Source of the DNA: an uncultured Deferribacteres bacterium
GTDB taxonomy: Bacteria > Zhuqueibacterota > Zhuqueibacteria > Zhuqueibacterales > Geothermadaptataceae
Assembly: GCA_964014485.1 (NCBI GenBank)
Contig: CAXHAT010000008.1
Location: 11,892-75,891, forward strand
DNA: 64,000 bases
Reading direction: 5' to 3'
A model generated the notes under the pieces. It had not been told where the DNA came from and searched no databases. It saw nothing but the letters and a program-made list of their open reading frames with translations. The translations under genes and the position numbers were made by a program. The number at the start of each line of letters is the position of its first letter. Within the stretch, counting starts at the first letter, position 1. Below are positions 1-9,489 of the stretch, piece by piece.

Positions 1-371
1 AAGCTGGCGGGGCGGTCAGGATCAGCGGAATTGGTGAATTGCAGGCTATAAAACGGCAATTGCAAGCTGATCTCAAACCGATCCGTCAGTCCATAGGCCG
101 CGTCCAGAAAAATGGTGGCTGCGCGACTTTCACCGCCGGAAAACGGATCGAACGGCGCGCGATCGCCGGCAGTGGTGCAACCAGCTTCGTGGAACGCCAG
201 CGATAATGCGTCCTGGGCGGAGCAAAAACGACGGTCTGTCGATTGATAAAAAAACGCGGATTTCAACCACAACGTCCCTTTCGGCGTGGTCCAGCCGCCT
301 GCGGAAAGCTCTCGGTGAATTCCAAACACCAGCAAAAAAAGAGAAAATTGCAGTATCGAGGGCCTTTTCAT
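1..371 (-). CDS. Exported protein, possibly outer-membrane beta-barrel; partial, runs off the window edge
   Basis: Not in the ORF track. Manual translation from the ATG at 371 gives MKRPSILQFSLFLLVFGIHRELSAGGWTTPKGTLWLKSAFFY...LDAAYGLTDRFEISLQLPFY, open to base 1. It has a signal peptide and amphipathic beta-strand motifs. Confidence 0.6.
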   Translation of the reverse strand, partial: MKRPSILQFSLFLLVFGIHRELSAGGWTTPKGTLWLKSAFFYQSTDRRFCSAQDALSLAFHEAGCTTAGDRAPFDPFSGGESRAATIFLDAAYGLTDRFEISLQLPFYSLQFTNSADPDRPAS

Positions 372-414
372 TGGATGACCTATGAATAAACGAATAGAAG
401 ATTCTTCGATTGCG

Positions 415-1314
415 TCAAATAAACAAAATTATGGACAAGCCAATTCCATTCATGGCGACAGCGCCGAGAGAAAACGAGCAAAAAATGAGACAGTGTCGGC
501 GGGATTCAGTAATGCGCGTTCGGAGCGTGTCGGCGCAAACTAAGAGAATGAATGGGACAAAAAAAGCTGTCAACGGCTCAAAATACGCTCCGTCGTTATG
601 CAAAATCAGCATCAAAAGAAGCGCGATTGATCCGGCACATATTGCTAACCTTACAGCGCGTTTTTCGCCAAATGCGACGGGAATCGTGCTTTTCCCAATC
701 TGCTCATCCGCCTTTTTATCAGGAATTCCGGTCGTAATCGCTGAGCACAATTGGAGCAGCGAATAGGACGCAAAAAACATGACGGAGTCGAGAGTCATTT
801 GGTTGGTTTGCAAGTAAAATCCTGTCATGGGCAAAATCATTCCGCAGCCAAATACCTGCAAATATTCGCCGCCCCCGCGATAATTGAGCTTGAACGGCGG
901 GAAGCTGTACATTCGAAAAATGAAAATTCCCGCGCAAACAAATCCGAGAATCCAAAACCTGTCGAAATGAACCGCTGCTGAAATGTTCGTAAAAATGAGC
1001 GCGAAAAGCATAAAAACGCTCGCGCGGCGTAATTCTTCCGCCTTAATTTTCCCTTCGATTATTACGCCAGACCCGCCGGAAAAAGGCGTTCTGTTCTTGT
1101 TCGCAGCGTCCGCCCGTCGATCCGCGAAATCATTCGAAAAAATAATGTAAAGCTGGATGAGCACGGCCAGAAAGTTGGAAAAAATGAACTCCTGCCATTC
1201 GAAAACGCCGAGTTCTTTTAACGCCGTCGCCTGCCCGACCCAGAGCGGCAAGCCGACATTGACAAACGCAGGCGGTCGCGCCGCTTTCACCCACGAAAGG
1301 ATGTGATTTTTCAT
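415..1314 (-). CDS. menA: UbiA-family prenyltransferase, MenA-like (1,4-dihydroxy-2-naphthoate prenyltransferase)
   Basis: Polytopic membrane protein with W.KAARP, NDFAD..AD, TPFSGGSG, Y.G.GE and D...D...GK.T motifs. Confidence 0.75.
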   Translation of the reverse strand: MKNHILSWVKAARPPAFVNVGLPLWVGQATALKELGVFEWQEFIFSNFLAVLIQLYIIFSNDFADRRADAANKNRTPFSGGSGVIIEGKIKAEELRRASVFMLFALIFTNISAAVHFDRFWILGFVCAGIFIFRMYSFPPFKLNYRGGGEYLQVFGCGMILPMTGFYLQTNQMTLDSVMFFASYSLLQLCSAITTGIPDKKADEQIGKSTIPVAFGEKRAVRLAICAGSIALLLMLILHNDGAYFEPLTAFFVPFILLVCADTLRTRITESRRHCLIFCSFSLGAVAMNGIGLSIILFI

Positions 1315-1451
1315 TGCTTCGAGCGGGTTAAAAGCTTCGATCTGGAAATGTTTTCAGGGCTGCGCTTTTCGTGATTTTGGGCGCAACCAAGAGACGCCGT
1401 TTCATGTAGTCACTGGCCATAGAACTGAAGCCAGATTGAATTTAAGAGGTT

Positions 1452-2045
1452 TTGAACTTGCGAATCAGTAAAGAAGAATTTCGTCAAAAACCGTTTTATG
1501 TACACCAATTTCTCACAGATGCGCCTTTGCACGACGTTTGGCGGTTTAAGCTGCGGGGTGGGGAAAATAAAACACTGAGAGACTTTAGACATTTGCTTGT
1601 GAGCGAGGGCGCTGAAGGGGCGAACCCGCTTGTTAAAATTTTATTCAGAATTCGCAGGTCAGTGGGCGTGTTGTTGGGGTGGGATGAAAAGTCGGAAGAA
1701 ATGAAAGCGGCCTCATATGTTCACAAGTTGACCGATGAAGTGCGCAAGAAAACGATCACAGAGCCTGGTGCGCAAACCATCGGTCCTTTTGATGCAGTTT
1801 ATGAATTTGAAAATGAAGCGCTGGACGAAGCCGTCAACGCGACGGTGCACAGTTTTTCGCTTATGGCGATGGAGTCAATCGACGACGGCTACCACGTCTA
1901 TTGGGCAATCTATGTCAAAGAAACCGGGTTATTGACGCCAATTTATATGGCGTTCATCGCTCCGTTCAGGCGGTTCATCGTTTATCCTTCCATCATCAAA
2001 AAGTTAGAGCGGAAGTGGATTGAGCAAAATTCCAAGGCGGATTAA
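1452..2045 (+). CDS. DUF2867-like hypothetical protein
   Basis: LFRIR..VG.LLGWD and YMAFIAPFRRFIVYP motifs resemble DUF2867. Confidence 0.6.
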   Translation: MNLRISKEEFRQKPFYVHQFLTDAPLHDVWRFKLRGGENKTLRDFRHLLVSEGAEGANPLVKILFRIRRSVGVLLGWDEKSEEMKAASYVHKLTDEVRKKTITEPGAQTIGPFDAVYEFENEALDEAVNATVHSFSLMAMESIDDGYHVYWAIYVKETGLLTPIYMAFIAPFRRFIVYPSIIKKLERKWIEQNSKAD

Positions 2046-2809
2046 TGGATGTATTTTTTGAAAGCCGGGCCGATCTGTTTTTTTAGTTCCGTCAGGCGAT
2101 TTAAGACCCGCTTGCGCGAGATGCTGATTTCCGGGTGCTCGGCGATTTCTTCCGCCGGCAGGCTGTCGTAAAAATACATTTGGAAAATGCGGCGATCGCG
2201 TTTTTCGTGGAGCTTCCCGCTGAGCATCGAATCAAGACAGCATTCGAGCGCTTCTTTCGTTTCAACCATATCGCGGTCAGCAATCGCGTCACGAGATTCT
2301 AACACGTCTTCGTACTCGATCGCAGCGTCGTCATTTGTTGCGTAGGCCGGACTGCTCATAGAAACTTTTTTGTGTGAAGGAATGCGGCGTTGGGCGCGGC
2401 TGGCGTCGAAGCCCAGGTAGACGGTTCTTGTCGTCACGACTTCGATAAACTTGCTGAAAGATTGTTCCCATTCACCTTTGAAAGTCTTGAGCGGTTCGCA
2501 ATTGTTTTTCACTAATTTTGCATAGACTTCCTGAGCCAGATCTTCGATTTGCGTCAAACCCGCCTTAAAACCGAGACGGCGACAAGTGCGTGCGGCAATG
2601 TAACATATTCGTTTGTGATAGCGCCTTGTAAATTCACGCCAGGCTGCGTGATCATCCGGTCTGCGCGCGATCAAGCGAACGAGGTCTAAATCCTTGAATC
2701 GCTTGAGCATAGCCGCGTTCAAATCTGCTTTGTTCGTTTTGAAATTCTCAGTCGTAAACCAGCCTGTATCTCCCAGGAAATGAATTGCTTGTGTTTGATT
2801 GGAATGCAT
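2042..2809 (-). CDS. ECF-type sigma-70 factor
   Basis: Region 2 (AWREF..RY, EDLAQEVYAKL) and region 4 HTH (RRIFQMYFYDSLPAEEIA); no region 3. Confidence 0.8.
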   Translation of the reverse strand: MHSNQTQAIHFLGDTGWFTTENFKTNKADLNAAMLKRFKDLDLVRLIARRPDDHAAWREFTRRYHKRICYIAARTCRRLGFKAGLTQIEDLAQEVYAKLVKNNCEPLKTFKGEWEQSFSKFIEVVTTRTVYLGFDASRAQRRIPSHKKVSMSSPAYATNDDAAIEYEDVLESRDAIADRDMVETKEALECCLDSMLSGKLHEKRDRRIFQMYFYDSLPAEEIAEHPEISISRKRVLNRLTELKKQIGPAFKKYIH

Positions 2810-3164
2810 TTCTCTTCCTCCAGTTACCCGTTTGTTTTAGCGCCCTTTCTTTGAGAACTCTTCCTGTTCTCGAATCAACTCCCTGTCTCACTTGGCTATA
2901 TTTCAATTTTGACGCCAAAACAACATTCTAAATTATAAGATATTGTTTTTTATAACTTTGAGATGAGTGAGCCGACTGCATTAAAAATCAAAAACTATCA
3001 TTTTTACTAGGTATGAAAAATGATCAAATTGCCGGGTTCTTGTTTATTAAGAACTTAGGATTGAAAAATATTGGCCGTGCCCTTGTTCGGCGCCAGGATT
3101 TTGTAAATTTGGGGGATAATTTTGCCAAAAAGCTTTTGAAACGAGTGCATTTGAGGGAGAAATA

Positions 3165-3197
3165 AAAAAGCCGGGATCGTAGAAACGAGGCCCGGCT
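3165..3197 (-). terminator. Rho-independent terminator after the sigma54 activator gene
   Basis: AGCCGGG...CCCGGCT hairpin with an A-run on the left, which is a U-tract on the minus strand. Confidence 0.65.
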
Positions 3198-3226
3198 CAG
3201 AGGGAGGAGGAGTATTTGAAACGTCT

Positions 3227-4309
3227 TTATCTGTTATTTTTTTTCCATGAGGAGTGGGTGATGTTATGGAATTGAATTTTATAATTCAACGCACGCGGAG
3301 AAACGCCCAACAACTCCGCCGCTTCCTTTTGCACCCAATTTTTTTCTTCCAGCGCCCGCAAGATGGCCTGCTTTTCAATTTCGGTGAGATTGAGCGTGTC
3401 CACCGAAAGCACCTCGTTCTCAGAGTGTTGGCGGCGTTCCGTACCGCCGGCGGCAAAATACTCTTTTCCCGGCAGGGACAGGTCTTGCGGTGAAATATGT
3501 CTGCCTTCGTCGGAAAGGAGCAGGGCGCGCTCAACCATGTTTTTGAGCTCGCGAATGTTGCCCGGCCAGGAATAGTTTTTCAACAAATCCATTGTTTCTT
3601 CAGAAAAACCGGCGCTTTTTTTGCGAATTTCCCGGACAAATTTGTTCATGAAAAAACGAGCGATCAAAGGAATGTCTTCGCGGCGTTTCCGCAGCGGCGG
3701 CACATTGAGCGTGACGACGTTTAAGCGGTAGTACAAATCCGCCCGAAAATTGCCTTTTTCAATTTCGTCCCACAAATCTTTGTTCGTCGCGGCAATCACC
3801 CGGACGTCGGCCTGGATGTCTTTGTTTCCGCCGACGCGCGTGAACGTTTGCTCCTGCAAGGCGCGCAAAATTTTCGCCTGCGTTGAAAGAGCCATGTCGC
3901 CGATTTCGTCTAAAAAGAGCGTTCCATTGTGCGCCTGTTCAAATTTGCCTTCACGCGTCGAGATCGCGCCTGTGAAAGCGCCTCGCTCATGTCCGAAAAG
4001 TTCACTTTCCAACAACTGCTCCGGCAATGCGGCGCAATTGACTTTTATAAAAGACTTTTCGGCGCGATCGCTGATGAACTGCACAAGTCCGGCAATCAGT
4101 TCTTTTCCAGTACCAGTCTCTCCCTGAATCAAAACCGTGGCTTTACTGCGAGCCACTTTTTTGATAAGCTGGTAGATTTCCTTTATTTCCGGACTGCGGC
4201 TTACGATTGGATAATGATAATCAAAGCCGTAGTTTTTACCCCACGAAGAGGTCGGCAACGAATAAATATCGTTTGGCGCGGCCTCTGGCGTCGGTGCGTC
4301 ATTTGGCAT
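3227..4309 (-). CDS. Sigma54-dependent activator (bEBP, AAA+ plus Fis-type HTH) lacking an N-terminal sensor domain
   Basis: Walker A GETGTGKE, ESELFGHERGAFTGA, FLDEIG, WPGNIREL and a C-terminal HTH. Probable start is the ATG at 4309 with a GGGAGA RBS; the ORF is open to 4399. Confidence 0.9.
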   Translation of the reverse strand: MPNDAPTPEAAPNDIYSLPTSSWGKNYGFDYHYPIVSRSPEIKEIYQLIKKVARSKATVLIQGETGTGKELIAGLVQFISDRAEKSFIKVNCAALPEQLLESELFGHERGAFTGAISTREGKFEQAHNGTLFLDEIGDMALSTQAKILRALQEQTFTRVGGNKDIQADVRVIAATNKDLWDEIEKGNFRADLYYRLNVVTLNVPPLRKRREDIPLIARFFMNKFVREIRKKSAGFSEETMDLLKNYSWPGNIRELKNMVERALLLSDEGRHISPQDLSLPGKEYFAAGGTERRQHSENEVLSVDTLNLTEIEKQAILRALEEKNWVQKEAAELLGVSPRALNYKIQFHNITHSSWKKNNR

Positions 4310-4607
4310 AAATTGCTTTCTCTCCCGGTGCAAAGTTTGGTCGTTTTCGCCTGACTCGTCGGAGCCTCGGCGCATTGCAAGCCTCCCTAAACTTACCAAA
4401 TCGAAACTATAGTACCGGCAAGCGCGGATTCCTGCGCGTTAATAAATTTTGGGAATTACAATTTTGAACGGAATGTAAAATCGTTCAGCGCAGCGAATGA
4501 CAAATTTGTCCCATTCAAGGGTTTATTCCGTGGAAGGCTTTAACAATTATGAAAGGCGGGCAAGATATTTTGGGAATTTCAGCAGGAAAATCCCGGATCG
4601 CTGGCGA

Positions 4608-5483
4608 TTAATTTCGATGAAGATTTCGTTCCGATTCTGAAGCTAAGCTTATCATTAACTCATCGGTCGTAACCACGTGCGGAGGAATGAAGATGTTCAT
4701 TTCGCGAAGTTTTTTGGCCATCCGCCAAGCGCGGGGCGGCGCCGTTTGTCTGGAAAAATCTTCAAATAATTGGCTCGCGGCATTCCGATGGACGTCCGCG
4801 AGAATGCGTCCGTCGTCGAATAAAATAATGCGATTAGCGATGGACAGGGCGAAATCCATGTCATGGCTCACAACCATCAAGCCTTTGTCTGATTTGTCGC
4901 GCCAGGATCGGAGTTTCTCGGCCAGGATTCTTTTTGATTGCGCATCGAGACCCGCCAACGGCTCGTCAATCGCCAACATTTGCGGATTGAGTGCAAGTAC
5001 GCCGGCGATTGCCGCTTTTCGCTTCTCGCCCTGACTTAATTCAAAAATTGTTCTTTTCGCGAAAAGCTCATAATCCAGGCTCAGAGCGGCCATTGCATCG
5101 CGCACGCGTTTTTTGACCTCATTTTCGGAAAGACCCAAATTGCGCGGGCCAAAAGCAATGTCTTGCTCAACACTCGAGGCAAAAAGCTGAGATTCCGGCG
5201 ATTGAAACACCAAACCAATATGCTGCCGGAGTTCAGCAAGCGAGAAATCTTTGTCATGAATATTTTGACCGTTGACGGCCACCCTGCCGCGCGACGGCTT
5301 TCCCAGCCCCGTCAATAATTGCAGAAAAGTGGATTTTCCGGCGCCGTTCGCACCAATCACTGCAACGGCTTCGTCAGATTTAAAGGAAAGAGAGACGTTT
5401 TTGAGGACGGGCTGTGCGTCGTCCGACGACCTGTTCTGGTAGCGGAACGAGACGTTTTCAAATTCGATTTTTAACGCATCCAT
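4608..5483 (-). CDS. Energy-coupling-factor transporter ATPase (EcfA/CbiO-like)
   Basis: GANGAGKST, FQSPESQLFA.SVEQDIAFGPRNLG, LSQGEK, IDEP, SHD. Confidence 0.85.
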   Translation of the reverse strand: MDALKIEFENVSFRYQNRSSDDAQPVLKNVSLSFKSDEAVAVIGANGAGKSTFLQLLTGLGKPSRGRVAVNGQNIHDKDFSLAELRQHIGLVFQSPESQLFASSVEQDIAFGPRNLGLSENEVKKRVRDAMAALSLDYELFAKRTIFELSQGEKRKAAIAGVLALNPQMLAIDEPLAGLDAQSKRILAEKLRSWRDKSDKGLMVVSHDMDFALSIANRIILFDDGRILADVHRNAASQLFEDFSRQTAPPRAWRMAKKLREMNIFIPPHVVTTDELMISLASESERNLHRN

Positions 5484-6760
5484 TGCGCTTCAAAATCGCT
5501 TAGATCGATGTTCGATTGAATTACGCCTTTCTTCCGAAATTTCTTGTACGCTGAAAGCGCGAAGAAGTCAGTCATTCCTGCGATGTGGTCGCAAATGAGG
5601 CGCGGTGTGGCTTGAAATTCTTTGCCGTCCGGGTCGGATTTGGATGGATTCGGTAAAAGTTCAGGATTGAGCGCAAAAGCCTGGAAAAGCATTAGCAAGA
5701 CTCCCCGGAGCAAATCATCGGCGTTGTTTACCATGGGGCGGTAAATGATGTTTTGGTAAATGAACTTGTTCAGCGCTTTCTGCAGCGGATCAAGTTCGGG
5801 ACTGAAATCGACGATAAGTCTATCAAAAAATGTAAGTCTTTGCTTCTCTTGATAAAACGCGTCGATTCCTTCGAACGCCGTTTCAATCACGTCGTCGACC
5901 AACAAATTGATCATGCTGCTTGTGAGGCGATTTTGGTAAAAATAAGCGTCGTCGGTGGAATCAAATTCAAAACGGAATTTTCGTTCGGCAAGCTGAACGA
6001 TTTCAAGTTTTCGCACTTCCTGCATTTCCACAAGACCGGCGCGAACCCCGTCTTCCAAATCGTGCGTCCGCTGCGCGATCTCATCGGCGATAGCGACGAT
6101 TTGGCCTTCCAAAGTCGTTGGAGTCTCAAATTCCCAGTGCAGCCCGCGCAAATCCAGGTCGGCGTAATGAATACGTTTTTTTTTCAAGCGCGTGTGCTTG
6201 ATCACGCCTTCCCGCACCGGCGCGGTTAAGTTTAACCCGGGCGTGCGATACTTTTTTTCCAACAAGTCGAGGATTCGAACAGATTGATAATTGTGCTTAA
6301 AACCGCCGCATCTTTTCGAAGGCAAGCCGTCCAAATTGCCGTGCTTGCCTTGCATAATTTCGTCGAGAAGGTACTCGCCCAAATGGCCAAACGGCGTGTG
6401 CCCAAGATCGTGTCCCAAAGCAACGGCTTCGGTCAAATCTTCGTTCAAACCGAGCGCCCGCGCCATCGTTCGAGCGATTTGCGTCACCTCCATCGTGTGC
6501 GTCAGTCGCGTACGATAATGATCGCCAACGTTGGTATGAAAAACTTGTCGCTTGTGTTTAAGCCGACGAAACGCCCGAGAGTGAATAATCCGATCCCGAT
6601 CACGCTGAAACTCGGTTCTGTAAGGGTGGGAAGCTTGCGACCGGGCGCGCAAATCTGCGGCGCTCTCGCTCAAACACGCGTAGCGGGCAAGAGACTTTTT
6701 TTCAAAACTTTGTAAATATTCGCGATCACGGAGCGCGAATACAGGTGACTTTTCAGACAT
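5471..6760 (-). CDS. dgt: dNTP triphosphohydrolase (dGTPase, HD family)
   Basis: RTEFQRDRDRIIHSRAFRRL, RTRLTHT.EV, GHDLGHTPFGH, D.IAGMTD. Start at 6760 or 6784. Confidence 0.92.
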   Translation of the reverse strand: MSEKSPVFALRDREYLQSFEKKSLARYACLSESAADLRARSQASHPYRTEFQRDRDRIIHSRAFRRLKHKRQVFHTNVGDHYRTRLTHTMEVTQIARTMARALGLNEDLTEAVALGHDLGHTPFGHLGEYLLDEIMQGKHGNLDGLPSKRCGGFKHNYQSVRILDLLEKKYRTPGLNLTAPVREGVIKHTRLKKKRIHYADLDLRGLHWEFETPTTLEGQIVAIADEIAQRTHDLEDGVRAGLVEMQEVRKLEIVQLAERKFRFEFDSTDDAYFYQNRLTSSMINLLVDDVIETAFEGIDAFYQEKQRLTFFDRLIVDFSPELDPLQKALNKFIYQNIIYRPMVNNADDLLRGVLLMLFQAFALNPELLPNPSKSDPDGKEFQATPRLICDHIAGMTDFFALSAYKKFRKKGVIQSNIDLSDFEAQWMR

Positions 6761-6887
6761 TGATTTGTTCAGGCGATCAGGCAAAAGTCATTTGGCGAGC
6801 ACGTCAGTATAAAGGCGCGGCAGGATTTTGTTCCAGTTTTTTCGTACCGTTTCCAGAAATGCGGAGCGCCGGGCGTCGCACAGTTGT

Positions 6888-7087
6888 AGAGATTTTCAAA
6901 AAGCTTTGTCCACATTGAAAAACGCTTCGCTTTGAGCAAACTGAAGTTTGAACTACAAACGACGGAGGTTCCGCATTTGCTGTGAGCGTAAAGCGAGAAA
7001 CGTCATTTGTAGTTCAAGTTTTAGCTTGCTGTTAGAGTTTTTGCCGATATTTATCGGGACAATCGGGAAATGTTTTTTAAAATCTCT
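6888..7087. repeat. About 200-bp element with terminal inverted repeats enclosing an inverted GTAG-type REP pair
   Basis: Ends AGAGATTTTCAAAAA / TTTTTTAAAATCTCT. Inner arms AGCAAACTGAAGTTTGAACTACAAA (6935) and TTTGTAGTTCAAGTTTTAGCTTGCT (to 7030). Confidence 0.65.
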
Positions 7088-7204
7088 GCGTCCAGTGGTC
7101 TTGCCATTCTGAAACAACCCGTTCCGCGGGAATGACCTTTGACAACGTTTTTGACTTAAACAATCTCAGATAACCTTTGCTTCTGAGTAACTCTTTTTCG
7201 GAGT

Positions 7205-7324
7205 GGGGCTGTCCAAAATCATAATATTTTGACGACGTCACACAACATGTCGTAGGGGTTCAAAATCTTGAACCCCTACATTTGGCACGTCCTTCATTCG
7301 GAAACCATGCTTTGGGACAACTCC
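7205..7324. mobile_element. About 120-bp MITE-like element, copy 1
   Basis: TIRs GGGGCTGTCC / GGACAACTCC, central palindrome GTAGGGGTTCAAAATCTTGAACCCCTAC, AGT on both flanks. A homologous inverted copy lies at 42590-42711. Confidence 0.7.
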
Positions 7325-7656
7325 AGTGAAGACAAGCAACACTCAAATGCCGAAGCGACTCCCTGATCAAGACTGCAAGCGCGGTTGGTTAGCTGCAAAG
7401 TAACTGGAGAGTCAGAGACTTCAGCGTTTGATTTGGATACTGGTGTGCTCGGCGCGGGTGCTGAACGAAACATTTGCACGGCGGTCTGAAAATATCAAGA
7501 ACACTATTTTAAAAGGAGCGTTGAAAAAATGCTGACAGCGTTTTTTGAAGAAGCGTGCGCGATGATTTCCGTTTGTGATTCCAGTTTTTTCGGCGTATAA
7601 TACACGGTTTCACGCCACGCCAAACCTCTCATACATTGATTTTGAGTGATACATTT

Positions 7657-9465
7657 ATGATGAAAAAAAATCTGGTCATATGTTTTTTTGTTGGCGTTTG
7701 TCAAAGCGTTTTCGCCCAGGAAACGATGCCGGTCAGCGAAGTCAAAATCGGCATGACGGCGACGGCGAAGACTGTCTTTAAAGGCGCGGAAGTCGAAGCC
7801 TTTGATGTTGAAATTGTTGACGTGATGAAAAATTTCTACCCGAAGCGCGACGTGGTGATGGTGCGGCTCAAGGGTGAGAAAGCGACTTTTGCCGGCCCCA
7901 CTTCGGGCATGAGCGGCAGCCCGGTCTACTATGACGGTAAACTGATCGGAGCGCTGGCTTATTCTTGGGGAAGTTTTTTGAAAGATCCTATTATGGGCGT
8001 CACGCCGATTGGCGAAATGCTCGAGATTTTTGAAAAAGAAAATATCCGCGCGTCAGAAGTCGCTTCTGCGGCAAACGCTGAAATTATGCAGCGCTATGTC
8101 AACCTCGTCATGCATTTTGAACCGCATGACTGGCAAGCGTTTTTGCCTCCCGAACCTCTACACAACGCTTCATCAAATACGCTCCCGCTTCCAATCCACT
8201 TGAGTGGATTTTCCGAGAAAATATTTCATTCAGCGCAATCCAATTTGAGCTCGTGGGGGCTGCGGGCCGTGCAGGGCGGAAAAGCGAGCAATGACACGAA
8301 TACCGATGATTTGATTCCCGGCGCCATGCTCGCCGCCGTTATCATTGCCGGCGATTACGACGTTGCCGCGACCGGAACAATTACCTATCGAAAAGGCGAC
8401 AAGCTGCTCGCTTTCGGACATCCGTTTTTTGATCGGGGCCCCATAGAAATGCCGTTGGCCAAGGCAAGCGTCCTGACAACTTTGGCCAGTTCTTTTAGCT
8501 CCACCAAAATGTCGTTGACCGGAGAAATCGTCGGTACGCTGTGGCAAGACCGCACCACCGGCATTATGGGCGAGATCGGGCCGATTCCAGCCATGACAAA
8601 AGTGAAAATGCGCCATGTTTCAGAGCAAGGCGTTGAGACGGATTTCGATTTCGCGGTCACAAAAGATCGGTCAATCGCCTCGCTTGCTCCGCTTTTTCTG
8701 AGGCTTGCCTTGATCAATGGACTCGAGTCGGCGCGGCTTGGCGTGAGCTTAAACACGTTGCGTGTAACGGGAAATGCGTGGGTTTCAAACGGCGACGTTT
8801 TGCCGCTTGACAATCTCTATCCGGGATACCAGCCGCAAGGCTCCTTTTCTTTCCTGAACAGCGTGCTTCACAGCACGGGCGACGTTGCGGCTCGCATGGC
8901 CGCAATCTCAAACAACCCGTTTGAAAAAGTCACTTTCGATTCAGTTTATGTCGAATTTAAATCGGAGCCGGGGCGCAAGACCGCCGAGCTGGAAAAAGCC
9001 TGGGCGAATAAGCGGCGCTTTAAGCCAGGAGACGCAGTCGATGTTTCGTACATCGTGAAGAATTATCACGGAGAGAAAGTTACTCGAAAAGCGAAAATCG
9101 TCATCCCCAAACATGTGCGTGATCGCAGCTTGACTTTGGTAATTGGCGGCGCGAATGCAATGAACGCATTTGAGACGCGGCTGACGCCCAACAAGTTCAA
9201 GTCTGAATCGTTCAGCCGATTAATGGATGTTCTCGCACAAGCTCGGCGGAATGATCGTCTTTATATTCAATTGCGGGCGAGTGACAGAGGCGCGTATGTT
9301 GACGGTTCCTCGCTGCCCAATTTGCCCCCTTCAGTCTACCCGGTGCTCGCACGAACGTCAGACTCCAAGACCAGCCTGACGCGTGACAGGGTTATTCAAG
9401 AAATCGCACTCCCGGTTGATGCTATGATCAGCGGCGTACAATTGATTCGATTGCGTCGCGAGTAA
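7657..9465 (+). CDS. Exported SpoIVB-like (peptidase S55) serine protease
   Basis: Signal peptide; GMSGSPVY..GKLIGA and AFGHPF motifs; C-terminal extension. Confidence 0.8.
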   Translation: MMKKNLVICFFVGVCQSVFAQETMPVSEVKIGMTATAKTVFKGAEVEAFDVEIVDVMKNFYPKRDVVMVRLKGEKATFAGPTSGMSGSPVYYDGKLIGALAYSWGSFLKDPIMGVTPIGEMLEIFEKENIRASEVASAANAEIMQRYVNLVMHFEPHDWQAFLPPEPLHNASSNTLPLPIHLSGFSEKIFHSAQSNLSSWGLRAVQGGKASNDTNTDDLIPGAMLAAVIIAGDYDVAATGTITYRKGDKLLAFGHPFFDRGPIEMPLAKASVLTTLASSFSSTKMSLTGEIVGTLWQDRTTGIMGEIGPIPAMTKVKMRHVSEQGVETDFDFAVTKDRSIASLAPLFLRLALINGLESARLGVSLNTLRVTGNAWVSNGDVLPLDNLYPGYQPQGSFSFLNSVLHSTGDVAARMAAISNNPFEKVTFDSVYVEFKSEPGRKTAELEKAWANKRRFKPGDAVDVSYIVKNYHGEKVTRKAKIVIPKHVRDRSLTLVIGGANAMNAFETRLTPNKFKSESFSRLMDVLAQARRNDRLYIQLRASDRGAYVDGSSLPNLPPSVYPVLARTSDSKTSLTRDRVIQEIALPVDAMISGVQLIRLRRE

Positions 9466-9489
9466 AATAAACGATTATTAAGGCAGTTC

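Noticed and set aside
3071..3087. TGGC-N7-TTGT as a sigma54 promoter
   Set aside because: The -12 box is imperfect and it lies on the plus strand, pointing away from the ECF gene.
7294..7479. 61-aa ORF, or tmRNA/6S/SRP RNA, in the long intergenic region
   Set aside because: No diagnostic motifs were seen; the pairing is explained by repeat elements, with a related copy near 55.8 kb.
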